A DNA stretch of 62,489 nucleotides, filler included, from Asterionella formosa (taxonomy: Eukaryota): NCBI GenBank assembly GCA_002256025.1. It is 15 parts of 15 records of this genome, joined end to end, with 100 filler letters (N's around TTAATTAATTAA, not from the genome) between each part and the next. Parts side by side here need not be neighbours in the genome. Positions count along the whole stretch, not along the records: positions 25,069 to 29,141 come from NKIB01013735.1; positions 29,242 to 33,313 come from NKIB01013736.1; positions 33,414 to 37,485 come from NKIB01013737.1; 12 more parts are not named here. One strand, written 5' to 3'. This document shows, one piece after another, positions 25,069 to 37,485 of this stretch. A program made the position numbers and the translations under genes. The stretch's first letter is position 1; each line of letters begins with the position of its first letter. The notes under the pieces were generated by a model. It did not search any database and was not told the DNA's origin. It worked only from the letters and a program-made list of their open reading frames with translations.

Positions 25069-25445
25069 ATTGTGGACTCGATTGTAATCGAACGAGTCGA
25101 ATATTGCATTGCCACGTCAATCAGCTGTCTAACGAGATCAAAGATTGATGATTTCTATAGAAATGTTAAGTGGAAACTCGAAGAGAGTCTTAGAATGACT
25201 TTGCAGGAAGCAAAGATGCATGGAAAGGAAACATTTAGTTTAGCTTATAATTTAATTTGAGTTTTAGATTATCAACCGAGGAAACAGTGTGTTAATTGAC
25301 AGGAAGGTCAATTAGTCTATCTAGCAGGAAGGCTAGAAGCAGAGACAAGAGAGAAAGTAAGTGGTACTAGGTAGTACTACGATCACGTAAGAGTCGACGT
25401 GAAGAGAGACCCAACCCGCGGGAAGGAGTACGGACCATTTCAACA
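25069..25445. mobile_element. Partial LTR, same family as 17145-17517
   Basis: Shared blocks GAAACAGTG..AATTGACAG..AAGGTCAA, CTAGCA..AAGGCTAG.AGCAGA, CGGGAAGGAGTA..GACC.TTTYAACA. Confidence 0.6.
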
Positions 25446-26072
25446 TCCCATATGCTACCAGGGGGTACCTGGTACCAGCTAGCTACCGGTATCTGGGATC
25501 TGGGACGGAGTACAGTCCCTGGTACCAGTTACCTACCGGTACCAGGTACCAGCTGTATACTATTATTGGCCGAACAATATATCCCGCTACTGGTACATAT
25601 GTGCAAACGACGACAAATGATTCACAGGATCAAACAAACATGCGGTTTGTTCAAGCGTCCTCTTTCCTTGATAGTACAATTTTTGGGGAGACAAAACTCC
25701 CCATTTTTCTGCCCTGATTAAGCAGCCAATTTCTATCTATATACCGGTATAATAATCCATTCACATGTGTCACACCAGATGAACGACCACGCGGTGCAAA
25801 TTCTGTGGTATCAGGTACCGGTAACCGGTATGCTGCTTGGCCTTTAGGTTGTCCGTAATAATGGATCTACCGGTAGAAATTCTTATCAACTACATAAAGA
25901 TTTAGCTGGTTTTCCTTTTCTTATTGAGGAGGATGGCGACATGGTGATTGATGGGACAGGCAAAGCGTATTTCCTGTGTTGCACATCAAACACAACTGCA
26001 CCACATATTTGATACATTTATTCTTCATTTCTTCCCTCCGCTTACACCGATTCCCGCTTTTCAACGCACATT

Positions 26073-26711
26073 ATGGTTCTTAGGTATAAGATAACAGTTG
26101 CTCTTGCAGCCTCGATTTTGGGAACAACGGAAGGATTTCTGTTGAAATCTGCCCCCCATCTTTTTCTAAGCCAAAGTTTTGGGATGTTGTTTGTGAGAGG
26201 CGACGGTGAGGAAGAATACGTCTGCGATCAAATACCGACAACTCCACAGCTTTGTCCCACACACGAAACATGCGTGATTGCTATGGGATGCTTCTGGAGC
26301 CCACAGCTGGAATACTCTGCTATGAAGGGAGTCAAGCGCGTGGTTGTGGGCTACACTGGTGGCGTCGAACCTAATCCTACATATGTCACCATCAAGGACT
26401 CGTCCGAGGCTCTGTTGTTCGAATTTGATCCATACGAGATATCATACCAAGAAATCTTGGATAAATGGTCTACAAGCTTTGCATTCTTCCGATCCAAGCC
26501 AAAGTCCACTCAATATAGGCACATTTTGTTTTACAGAAACGAAGAACAAAAAGAAATGGCAATAGCAAAGTTGGAGGAAGTGAGAAAAGTTGCGACAGCC
26601 TATGTTTCCATAGAACCTATGGATTCGTTTGTGTTTTATCAAGGCGAAGATCACCATCAAAATTTCTTTTTGAAGTCCAGAGCCAAGGTAGCTGCATCAC
26701 AGGTGCAATAG
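26073..26711 (+). CDS. msrA: Peptide methionine sulfoxide reductase A, likely plastid-targeted
   Basis: AMGCFW, VGYTGG..PNPTY, FDPYEISY.EIL, QYR, FYQGEDHHQ; signal peptide ending TEG-F. Confidence 0.9.
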   Translation: MVLRYKITVALAASILGTTEGFLLKSAPHLFLSQSFGMLFVRGDGEEEYVCDQIPTTPQLCPTHETCVIAMGCFWSPQLEYSAMKGVKRVVVGYTGGVEPNPTYVTIKDSSEALLFEFDPYEISYQEILDKWSTSFAFFRSKPKSTQYRHILFYRNEEQKEMAIAKLEEVRKVATAYVSIEPMDSFVFYQGEDHHQNFFLKSRAKVAASQVQ

Positions 26712-27118
26712 TGACGACGAATAAATACAGGAAGGATACAATGTTATTTCCTCGCTGAGTGGCAAAACGATGATTCTTCTCCAATTCGGAAATGAAAATG
26801 TAGTATCTCGTTCCCTTCTTGCGAATTCTGCTGTTCCACCGCACAACAAGGAAGCTCGTGTATGCCATCCAAGCAAACGTCGAGTGGACCAACAATCTTT
26901 ATTTATGTCCTCTTATGATAAGTTTTCAATATTTATATTTTTTATAGTTGCTGAGAAACTAAGGAGAAGGGTATATTGCACAATTTTGGGGAGAGTGAAT
27001 GTTAGTTCAGACGTTACTCTTAATATTTGCAATCTTCGCCCGTATAGGGCCGCCTGACACTTTGTAGTTTTATCTTCGTTCCGTATCAGCCATTTATTAA
27101 ACTCAGATTCATTCGAAT

Positions 27119-27860
27119 TTACATCACAATGCTCACAGCGTCACCCAGACTATCGACCGTCTGTTGAACAGCGACCACAGCAGTATCCGCCTGTGGCGTC
27201 AAAAAAGGCAACGAGATGTGAATTTCTTCCCATTCTCCTGAAGCGTATTTGGGTTCAATAATGGTCTTTCGTACATATCCGAATCCGGCGCCACCTACAA
27301 TCCATGCAGCATAAGTAGCTAATGTCTTTGGGCTGGACATTTCTTGTTCGGCCTCTGCCCTCAGGTCTCGCCCTTCCTTTGTCTTTTCGAATCGAATGTA
27401 GGCCGTAATCATTTCGGCATCCAACAAAAACTTGTTAACTTCTTCTTCGGCGCGCTGTCTAGAAAATCCCTTATTGTCCCTTAAGAGCTTTGCAATAATT
27501 TCCTCTTTTCTACAAGTTTTCGTGAATTAAAAAGGACGTTTGGGGTGAGCCTTACAATTTACATCAACTGACACCTCGACGATGAAAGTTCAAATACTGC
27601 ACTCACGTTCCCAACCACTGAAGTACTTCGTTGATATCGATTCCAAGGGCGACCTTTTCAGCAGGCGCACCGAACCGATCATAGGCCGTCATTTGCATGG
27701 CAGATCCAAAATCATTGTTGGTGGCCTTGTCTTCGACCATGAAAAATGCCGGTGATGGTTCGTTGTTCGACATGAAGCAAGCAGGTGATCGTCGCGAAGC
27801 ACTCGACGGGCAAAACGCTTCCACCGATGCAAAGGCAATTACCAAAATAGTAAACTTCAT
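27119..27860 (-). CDS. Hypothetical plastid-targeted single-TM protein; complement(join(27119..27509,27607..27860))
   Basis: Signal peptide plus VEA-FCP (ASAFAP-like). A GTGAGT..TTGTAG intron (27510-27606) joins two ORFs in frame (QWLGT-KEEIIAK). TM segment LATYAAWIVGGAGFGYV. Confidence 0.85.
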
Positions 27861-29727
27861 GGTTCCTCCTTGATGCCCTGAAATGAATCAGAATGTTTGA
27901 AGTAACGAAAGTGGGAAGAATACATATAATAATATATGTCCATATGCTAACAAAATTAGCCCATGAGAAGACCAAGGCGTGGTGACAAAGAAGGAAAAAA
28001 ACTACCATACTATACATAGTCGGGTTCCAAGTGTCACTCTCCATGAAAAGATTGCCAAGTTGAAGTACCGTACCGTTAATAATTTTGTTGTTGAAAAAAA
28101 AGGTACGTAGAATCATGTTAAGTTCATGCCACCTGCAAGTTGCGGTCATTATGCTTAAACTAACATTATAATCTGGGATGAAGAAATCTAAATCTTTAGT
28201 TTCAGCAAAATTACCGCAACTTGCTGGTACCAGGGACATTCGGAAAACGAGCTTGTACACATCGAAGTGAATTCTTAATACAGCACATTTCAAAATTTGA
28301 CACAAAACCTTAAGGCGTTAAACTTTAATGTCATTTTCGAGGGGCTGGCATGGAGAAATGCATTCATGCCAGCCTTCCCACCCCCAAGAAAACTTTCAAA
28401 TTAAGCGAGAAACTGACATCTTGCTTAAACATAAACAAAAAAGTAAACCTTGCTTAATCTTAAGCTGCAAATATCAATCTTGCTTAAACTTAAGCAGCGA
28501 ACGAACTTCTGATTACATTAGGGTTAGGGGATGTCTTTTCAGCCCACTGGTAGCTGGATGGAGGGGAGCTAGCTATAACAACGATGGTGTGGTTCAGAAG
28601 TAAAATTTTCTCCCAGAAAATCTAAACGATGTCAGCCACCCATCAACTGGTACATAGGACGACAAAAATTAAATGAAAAATGTAATTATGTCAGCAACAA
28701 CTACAACAAATTGCTGAAATTTTGACGACAATGATCATGCCATCTTCCCCTCATTGTCATTGTATACTACTAGTCAAACCAATACAATCAAATAGTCACT
28801 AGCGAATTGTACATGATTTTAATTGTAGCTACTAAATTCATTTAGATATAGCAGAAAGGGAATTGGCTGAGTTAGTTAGGCATGTTGCCTTTGATTTGAA
28901 ATTGTGTGGATCGATTCCCGCAATTTTTTGAGAAGCAATTTTTGGATACGACTACCACATCCCTCACCTTCCTGCATGGTCGTGCCTGGTGTGCAAGGAA
29001 AAGTGGATTGCCCCCCCCCCCGCAAGCAGTGTGCCACCTTCCTAGGTGGTAGGAGTTTCCCCTAGTGCTGCAGCTAAGACAATCACCTTTTGCTAAAGAT
29101 AGTTGGGGAATCCCCTATGCTAACAAAACTAGGGAAGCACANNNNNNNNNNNNNNNNNNNNNNNNNNNNNNNNNNNNNNNNNNNNTTAATTAATTAANNN
29201 NNNNNNNNNNNNNNNNNNNNNNNNNNNNNNNNNNNNNNNNNACTTTGTCTAATACAGATTTATAATATTACAAATATTCGTCTCAAACCGTGTGATTACC
29301 CCGTTTTGTTATGACTATCAGTACAAAACTGAAAGTTTGTATGACTCTCAGTTTTTAGGTGGTACCTGTTACTAGGTACCAGGTACCTTATACTAGACAT
29401 AGACCAAGCAAAGCGGTGGACGATCCAATGTACTGTACATCACCACTATTCATACATGAATATGAATCATAGGACCAGTGAACGATCCAGTAAAAGACGG
29501 TTTCGACTTTTGTGAAAAGTCAGTTTGTCAAGCGATTGCTGTATGCATGCTAGGTACCAATTCCCTGGTATACCAGGGACTCACGTGGCTCGTGATATAA
29601 GGCGGTATGAAATCCAGAAATACAGACGAGACGATTCGTATAATGAAAACAAGAAGGCATCGAACAGATCCGTCTGCTCCCAAAATGACTTTCTCGATTC
29701 TTCCCGGCATCTTCGCTTTGTTCGACC

Positions 29728-31110
29728 ATGTCCGATCCAATATTTGCTCCGCTCGACCTCCCTTCCACCATTGATGTCACACACGATGCTGGATTAGCAT
29801 TTCAGTCATCAGGTGGGCCTCACTTTTCACAACGGCAGCATTCGTTCCACACTTTGGACAACCCACACAGCTGGACAGAGCACCAGACACATGCAAGCTT
29901 GACTTGGATCAAGGTGCTCAGCATTTTATCGCTAGCCTTGTTCATTGACGTTATTATTTTGACGGTGTATGTATATCACGGGACAGAACCCAAAGGATAC
30001 AGAGATGCTGTTTCTGCTTCCCATAATGTATCAGGAGTACCGTTGGCTCAGTGGCTTCCGCCGCCCAACGCTTCGGAGACCGTCACAAGACTGGCTTTTG
30101 GCAGTTGTAGCAACCAATATCAACCTATGCCCTACTGGGATACTCTTATTCAGTTCAAGCCGGATGCTGTGGTGTTGACTGGGGATAACATCTACGGAGA
30201 CTGCATCACCAAAGAGTGCAACGAACTCACACAGGCCTACCAAGACCTGCACAATCACGCTTCCTTCCAAGGTGCCAAGAAGAATCTTGTGGTGCTGGCA
30301 ACTCTTGATGACCACGACTATGGTAAATCAGATGCGAATGGAGACAATCCTCATAAGGACATGGCTAAAGCTCTCTTTCTTGATTTCTTCAATATTTTCG
30401 ATGAACGACGAGACCGAACCAATGAAGGAGTCTACAAATCGTATTCATGGGGATCGCACAACCAAGTTGTCCAGCTGATCCTTTTAGATACACGGTATAG
30501 TCGATCGCCCTTTTTGAATAGTGACGAACCTGGTTTCCCAGGTAAGGAAGTGTACATGCCTGACTTTGTCGATCATACGAAACAGATGCTGTCGCACGAG
30601 CAGTGGGCTTGGTTAGGAAATGAGTTGGAGCAACCGGCAAATGTTAGGATAATTGTCAGTTCGATCCAAGTCTTGGCAAATGGACACGGATTCGAATGCT
30701 GGAGAATGCTTCCTCATGAGCGCGATCGGTTCGAGTCCCTTTTGAAGGAAACGAGCTCAAATAGTGCCATTGTAATTGTCAGCGGCGATCGCCACATGGG
30801 AGGATTCTATGAAATTGAAGGAGTTGTGGAAATTACAGCATCGAGCTGGACGCACACGATTCCTTTTGGTACATTTAATGACTGCAAGAATGCCAAAGAG
30901 TGTGACGAAAGAGATGACCGACGCCTTGATGACCTTGTTCGAGTAAACAACTTTGGCTCCGTTGAAATTGATTGGGAAACTCGCAATCTGACTTTGTCAC
31001 TACGAAGAACAGATGCAACTCAGATGTATAGGTATAAACATCGTTCGGGTACAGATGCTGGACAAGCAGTTCAAACTCAGTCATACCGCATTCCTACGGA
31101 TCAATCTTGA
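29728..31110 (+). CDS. phoD: PhoD-like alkaline phosphatase/phosphodiesterase with N-terminal membrane anchor
   Basis: AFGSC, GDNIYGD, DDHDYG, LLDTRY, QWAWL, SGDRH, NNFG. Confidence 0.93.
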   Translation: MSDPIFAPLDLPSTIDVTHDAGLAFQSSGGPHFSQRQHSFHTLDNPHSWTEHQTHASLTWIKVLSILSLALFIDVIILTVYVYHGTEPKGYRDAVSASHNVSGVPLAQWLPPPNASETVTRLAFGSCSNQYQPMPYWDTLIQFKPDAVVLTGDNIYGDCITKECNELTQAYQDLHNHASFQGAKKNLVVLATLDDHDYGKSDANGDNPHKDMAKALFLDFFNIFDERRDRTNEGVYKSYSWGSHNQVVQLILLDTRYSRSPFLNSDEPGFPGKEVYMPDFVDHTKQMLSHEQWAWLGNELEQPANVRIIVSSIQVLANGHGFECWRMLPHERDRFESLLKETSSNSAIVIVSGDRHMGGFYEIEGVVEITASSWTHTIPFGTFNDCKNAKECDERDDRRLDDLVRVNNFGSVEIDWETRNLTLSLRRTDATQMYRYKHRSGTDAGQAVQTQSYRIPTDQS

Positions 31111-31177
31111 GAAATTTTGAAAATATACTAGAGCTGTATTCATGATGTATTGAAGGCAAGGTTAGTATGTTCCAAGT

Positions 31178-32596
31178 CTATTCTGAACCGTATAGAAGTC
31201 CTTTCTCTACCAGATCTTCTAGGAGCCCTGAGATGGCTTCATCGTCACTTAGAGAAGCTGCTGTTAACTCTGATTCGTTAATGATTGATACAATTGTGGC
31301 TTCTGAGGAAGAAATCGATGCCCGGACTTCGAAACATTCCCCGTTGGCAAAAAGTCTAATCACAGAGCCTTCTTTTGAATAGGCAAATGAAACCCCTTCG
31401 GCACGGAATAACGACCCTTTGCCACTCAATACAGACTTAACTGCCTGCTTTGGATCAGCCCAAATGCCCAACTCTGCAAGCCAACCTGGATCAGCATCAG
31501 CAAGCGGTAAAGGATATGAATACCTTAGCCGCGTCGGCTCTGTCAAAATTTCACCTACTAGGGTATCCCACTGACTCTCGTCTTCCATGAAATTGTTCAT
31601 CGCGTCCAACACAAGTTTCTTCATTTGCTTCTTCGTGTCGGGTGATATCTCACCATCATGTCGATTATTACTAGGTAAATTATGAAGCAGGTCAATATCT
31701 TCAAATCTCCGAACAACATCTGGAGCAACGCTATCCGTTAGACGTTCAGCTAACCTTGAAATCAAATCAGACGCAGACGGCGTTCGACAACCAACGCTAA
31801 GAGTCATGCAATCATCGGTCAAGGCTATCCCACAATGAGCAACTCGTGGTGGCAAATACAAAACATCACCTGCCTTCAATACCAGTCTTGTTTTCTCTCG
31901 ATCGTCCCAATCCTTAATGATTCTAACGTCAATACCTTCTACCAAGGACTCCATTTCCTCCTTGACAGATAACTTATGCTTGCCAATGATCCATTCTCGT
32001 TCTCCGCTGACTTGAATTAAAAATACATCATAGTTGTCCACGTGAGGTCCAATCCCTCCACTCCGAGGTGCCAAACTCACTTGTCCATCATCACGTCTCC
32101 ATCGTGGAAGGAACGAAAATTCCTGGTCCATCCATTCAGCAAGTGGTGGATGAAATCGATCCACATCATTAACTACCAACGTCCATGCGCCACAGTCGTC
32201 AAGACGTTCCTTTAAGTGGTCATCAAATGGCCCCACCTGAAGTATATACGAGGACAATGTACCTGGAGTGTGTTGAATGATTCTAGCATCAGCGTCTTCC
32301 TCGCATGCCATTTGAAGGACGTTGTCCCAATTAGGCCAGCTTTGAGTTTCCAACAGGTGGCTGGAGTCAAATCCCTTTCGAATCAAAAGTGGGTCTTGAC
32401 CCCAAAATGGAGTCATTATATGAGGAGTCAAGGGGCCTGGGAGAGTTTGAATAGCAAACGCTCGTATAGCGGTTTGTTGGAATCGGGTGGTTCGATGATG
32501 GAGGACCATGAATCCATCCGCTAATGTGGCTTGCGTGATGATGAGAGTTGCCCAGAGGGTTGCCAGAACAATGACTCTTGTATTCCGCAGTATCAT
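31178..32596 (-). CDS. JmjC ribosomal oxygenase, RoxA/YcfD-like (ORF open to 32683)
   Basis: FLPRWRRDDGQVS, GGIGPHVDNYDVFLIQ..G.R.W, GDVLYLPPRVAHCG, CMTLSVG.R; signal-like N-terminus from Met 32596 ending ADG-F. Confidence 0.88.
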   Translation of the reverse strand: MILRNTRVIVLATLWATLIITQATLADGFMVLHHRTTRFQQTAIRAFAIQTLPGPLTPHIMTPFWGQDPLLIRKGFDSSHLLETQSWPNWDNVLQMACEEDADARIIQHTPGTLSSYILQVGPFDDHLKERLDDCGAWTLVVNDVDRFHPPLAEWMDQEFSFLPRWRRDDGQVSLAPRSGGIGPHVDNYDVFLIQVSGEREWIIGKHKLSVKEEMESLVEGIDVRIIKDWDDREKTRLVLKAGDVLYLPPRVAHCGIALTDDCMTLSVGCRTPSASDLISRLAERLTDSVAPDVVRRFEDIDLLHNLPSNNRHDGEISPDTKKQMKKLVLDAMNNFMEDESQWDTLVGEILTEPTRLRYSYPLPLADADPGWLAELGIWADPKQAVKSVLSGKGSLFRAEGVSFAYSKEGSVIRLFANGECFEVRASISSSEATIVSIINESELTAASLSDDEAISGLLEDLVEKGLLYGSE

Positions 32597-33188
32597 TGCA
32601 AACGGCTGTTCCCGGCGTTTCGCCATGTGTGATCCTATCAGGCTTGACGAGCGAAACAAGTGGGCTATTTCTTGTTCTCCCATGTGCCTTTGTTTCGTTT
32701 GATAGAAGTAAATACCGGATTCTTATTTGCATTTATGAGCCGATGGTCGAAGCCGTATTTTTTTGTTCCCGATGTGGCCGTCGGTGTTAATTATTTGGAT
32801 GATCATGTCTGATGGCCACATGATGGTTGAGTAAAAACATACCGTTAATAAGTATATGTATATACAATATATAAAATAAATGTATCTAGACTACCATAAG
32901 TGAATCATTAATTAATATCATAGTATACCGGTAGTTAAGAGCATAATGCCGTTAAATCACAATTTCTTTAATAATGCGAAACCATCTACCGTTACACACC
33001 CACTATAATGTAGTCTACGAATGATGGAATTTTATTTTATATTTATATATATATACATCTAGGCATCATGATAAAATAATAGCTAAAATATAGATACCGA
33101 ATGTAGAGCAAATACTAGGAACGACACCACTCGATCTGCCATGATTAAATGCTAAAGTTAGGGTTAGCTTGAATTTTCTGTCCGTATA

Positions 33189-33313
33189 CCGTATACTTCA
33201 TTGTCCTGGACCCCCCAATGTACACTGCCGTGACTGAATTTGACTGATTTTACTTAAGGGGGGCCCAGGACAATGAAGAGATTTCCCTTATAATGGACCT
33301 AAGTAAATTTCTT
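33189..33313 (+). mobile_element. Left end of a pogo/Tc2-like MITE
   Basis: TA|CCGTATACTTCATTGTCCTGGACCCCCC with an internal inverted copy at 33258-33278. Confidence 0.65.
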
Positions 33314-33413
33314 NNNNNNNNNNNNNNNNNNNNNNNNNNNNNNNNNNNNNNNNNNNNTTAATTAATTAANNNNNNNNNNNNNNNNNNNNNNNNNNNNNNN
33401 NNNNNNNNNNNNN

Positions 33414-33559
33414 TACTAGTGCCTACGAGGACAAAAAGAATTATAGCACGTTACTTTGTCTATGACAAGAAAATTATTGGGTGTTTGGTTCCACCTCGAG
33501 AAAAATGTACAGGGGGGTCCAGCAACCATAGGGGGGGTCCAGGACAATGAAGTATACGG
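33414..33559 (+). mobile_element. Right end of the same pogo/Tc2-like family
   Basis: GGGGGGTCCAGGACAATGAAGTATACGG|TA, the exact reverse complement of the 28-bp left TIR. Confidence 0.65.
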
Positions 33560-34357
33560 TAATGTTGAGTAACAAGGTAACAAGATATGCCTGATGGGTG
33601 AAGTGTAAAATGAAATGCTACACCATAGTAAATATGGTATGTGTATACCGGTATGTATGTCACGTCACATCTACCTGCGGGCAACACCTATTGGTCGTGC
33701 TGGAGGGATAGTATCATTGGTGAACCTTGAGTTTCAGGTAATTTGTACGTATATGTATTCATAGTATTCTTGCGTTGCATTATACCACATTGTGTACACG
33801 GACTGCTCCTATGAATGATTTGCACGGTGGTAACGGAAGTATAGTTGTTGTACACGTTCGTGGGTGGTGTTTTTAAGCCGAAAGTAAAACCACAAATATA
33901 ATTTTAGATCATGTGGAACAGGGGTGTCATTCCCTCATGGAGCTTCAATGATAAAGAAAAAATGCGTTGTATATTGGTTTTTATAGCCCATTGTACCTTG
34001 TACTTGCCTATTTCTACTAGGCTAGTATATAGTGTTCATTTTGCGAAGACATGCCCAGTGCTTGTTCATTGGTTTTTGTTTGCTGTGTAAATGAGTCTAC
34101 AATCACCTTTCACAGAATCTAGGCATTACAGCTAGCTATATTACTGTCTTTGTGGAACCTTTGAATGTCTGAAAAGGCGAGGCAAGCCCATGTGTGGAAT
34201 GGCAAGCCATGTTGGAGTTCTTGAAGCCAAAAAATAAATATGTGGGAATCAAACCTTGAAACCTTGTATCAAAGTCAACATACTTAGCAGCTACTAAGCC
34301 ATTTAACTTTCATATATCTTTCATTTGCTGACAAAAGAGTTTAAAAAATTACATTGC

Positions 34358-36252
34358 TTAGAAAGGCTTTTTTGTTGGCTTGGCAGTAGTTGGCTTTTTG
34401 GTTGCTGGGATTTTAATTGGCTTTCTTGTAGGTAAAGGACTTGGTTTTTTGGTGGGAACAAGAGTAGGAGGCAAAGTCGAAATAGGGCTTTTGGTGGGTG
34501 CTGCCGTTGCTCCAGGACATGTAGATTTCTGTGTTGTAAGGCGAATTGAGATGATCATGTGCTTTGGGATCAAGCCATTTTCGACCACCAACCCACAAAT
34601 ATCAATGCTGAACAATCCACTCATAAAAGTTTGTCCAGCTGAGAATCCACCTAGAAGATTTGATTTTGAAGTGCTACTTGTAGCTGCTACAATAGTTACC
34701 TTGTTTGCCTGTTCAAATACTTGAAAGTTGAAGCTCTCAGCAAGGTTGTATTGTATGTAAAGTTGGCCAACAACAATGAGGACATATGCATCATTAAGTG
34801 TAGATGCTTTGGGATAGTCTACAAATGACACAAGCTTTCCTGACCAGGCACCATTGGTTGCTGGGTCAACAGTGATTTGATAGTCAGAATACCATCCAAG
34901 GAGATAATTCTTCTGGGCATTGAAGCAAATAGCTGGAAATGCGAGAGAAAAGTAGTCTGCCCCCATCATGCAGCTTCCATCACCGTATTCGTCACCAGCT
35001 TCAGTTGAATGTTGAAGGCCTAGATTATGTCTATGAGGAAACGATGAAAGTGAGAATGCTTTAAAAGGGGTAAAAGCGCTATAAACATAATGGGAGCACC
35101 AAGTCCTCTGCTTACCCAATTTCATGCATTGTTGTTATAGTACTCGAACACCATTCTGTCAACGAGATAAAGAAAACAAGACATGGGATTAGCCAACTGG
35201 ATGTACAGGGTGAAGATTTGCAGTACTGAGACTGCACTCACGATGTTTATAATATGTATATGGGTTGTTCAGATATGCATAAGCAAGGGTAGTAGAATCT
35301 GAGGTGAGCATGGCACCTTTTGGCATGCAAAACATAATGTTGGAGAAACTGCTATCAAGGTTATTTGTGATATTGAGTGCATTCTTAACAGCAATTTTCA
35401 TGGAATTTTCAATGGTTTGAACATTTATGTTGACAACGGAGGTAGGAAGGACTAGGTCAAGAACCCCATTGACAATGCCTGAATAGCCATTTGCAGGAAC
35501 AAATGCGATCTTCCCAAACGAGCATGAGCTGTACTGGCTAGCCATGGAGTGCTGTTCACCTCCAATCCCAAAGATTGAATTTGTCATACTTATAGCAGAA
35601 GTGGATTGGGGTGAGTTCGGGGCAGTCACACGTACAACAAGAACTGATCGGGTTCCACTAGTCTGAGCTAAATGACGCTGACCACCAGTGGCACGACTTG
35701 CAACAAAGTGAATGTGAGCATTTGTCGGAATAACAATGTAATCAGGTTTTCCAAATTCCGTGCGAATGGCAGCACCACCCATGATGCAAATACTGGACAG
35801 TCCGGTTTCAAGTTTAACCTTGTTCGCCTCGACAAACGTTGATGGGAGGTTGATAAAATAAGACATGTCCGACTCTCCGTCGCCTTCCTGGGCCGAGTCA
35901 GTGAGACATCGGTAGTAACTTGACCCGGCTACTCGATTGTGATCAGCCATCATGACATGCACGACAGCGACTTGGCAGTGAAGACATGCTCCAACTTGCT
36001 TTTCAACTCCAGGGAGGCCCTGCAGCCAATCACCAAGCGAGATACAACGATGGGGAGGGAGCAGTTAACTCATGTTTCTGTACAGCTATAGAAGATTGAT
36101 ATGGCTGCTTTGATTTTGCACAAATCGCCAAAACACAACAAACGTACCTCTCTTTTCCGTCCATTAGCTAGAACCGCAGAAATAGGCTGTGACAACACCC
36201 CGACCGACAATAAAACCATCAAGGCGCAAAAAAGGGCGAAAGGAAGCTTCAT
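34358..36252 (-). CDS. Secreted M11 (gametolysin-like) metalloprotease; complement(join(34358..35030,35116..35155,35242..36019,36148..36252))
   Basis: Splicing rebuilds MHEIG|HNLGLQHS (HExxHxxGxxH); EYGD..CMMG Met-turn; CFNAQKNYLLGWY; GTRSVLVVRV; signal peptide; PTKKP-rich tail. Confidence 0.9.
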
Positions 36253-36806
36253 TCTGTCAACCGTCTATTATGCTGTGATGAAGCTGATGAATGAACACGC
36301 AATCAGTGCATCTGCAGCGGAGAATCCAGAATGTATGATTGGTAAATTCTGGGTATATATGTCAGGGTGTCTCAGGCCTATGCTCAACGGGGAAACCGTT
36401 AGGTGTATTCCTGCGAGGTCTGTCTTGTGACATGCAGGCGCCTGGTACTAGCGGCCTGTATGACCAGCGTGCATTTTGGTCATCCTTGAGTGGGTAATCC
36501 TTGTCTGGAATATGTCGAGTTTTTCCCATCCAACAAGTTGTGTTGGATATTGCTTTGTGATTACTTCTTTTATGTGGTACCCTTCGATAGCGCTAATTGC
36601 AACATTAGGTTCAGTATTCTCCCCATCGCCTGTTTGATAGGAGAATTAGTCGGTTTATCAGACCCACGTAGCCTCTTCAGTAGCCTTCATCGGTTGATTG
36701 TTGTAATATTCGAAGGGAAAACTGCTGGCCAGCGAGCAACGTTTGTTTCGGCGTTCTGGGAGTCCGCTTTTGCGCATCGTTGTTCAGTGTTGGGGTCATT
36801 ATCATC

Positions 36807-37485
36807 ATGTCATCAAGAACCAAGCAGAGGGTTCGACAGGGTGGTAGGGTCTCGAAGCGTGTCATTGCAGCTCAACGAGCAACAAGAGCGCAAATTCGAG
36901 CAGCCCAGGGAGAAGATGAGCTTCTGGAGCCGCCAGATGACATCGTTGAGGCGGAAGGAGTTGTGGGAATGCGGCCTGAAGTGATTCAGGAGGTCCGAAT
37001 CCCCGCACCAGACCTGCAGGCAAGTGATCGGAGTCAGAGTGACAGTTCCTCTGGACCGGCAGACAACCCCAGCGATAGCTCAGGCGATAGTGGAGGCAAC
37101 GAAAGCGACGATGATGATGACGATCCGTCGGGCATTTCAGTTAGTGATCAACTTGCCATGGCGCAAGTGTTCATTGAGTTTAATGGTGTGTTGGCAGAGC
37201 CGCAATTTCGAGAGAAATTGATCACCTTTGGACTCACCCCAGCCCAAGCAGATATCGTGATAGAGAATGGGGCGGTTTCAGCGAAATCTTTTGCACGCCT
37301 TTTCGATAAAGATGCCTTGGACAAACTCTTTCATTATGAAGGGTTGACAGGACTTCGAGTCCTGGTTATTCAACGCATTAGGGTTTTACATCGATGGCTT
37401 CGACAGCAACAAGAGGCAGGTAGAAACCTTGGCCTCGTGAATCTCACCAAGTTTGATGATGACGCTCTCGCATCTTTACTCGATC
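36807..37485 (+). mobile_element. Probable N-terminus of a diatom Copia-type (CoDi-like) Gag, truncated
   Basis: Basic start, acidic linker, then L..FGL...A..I..NG....F and IQRIRVLHRWLR....G....F pattern; possible LTR end CCAACA at 36535. Family assignment is from memory of CoDi Gag. Confidence 0.5.

Noticed and set aside
33189..33559. One complete pogo-like MITE spanning the gap
   Set aside because: The two ends lie on different contigs; same family, but continuity is unsupported.
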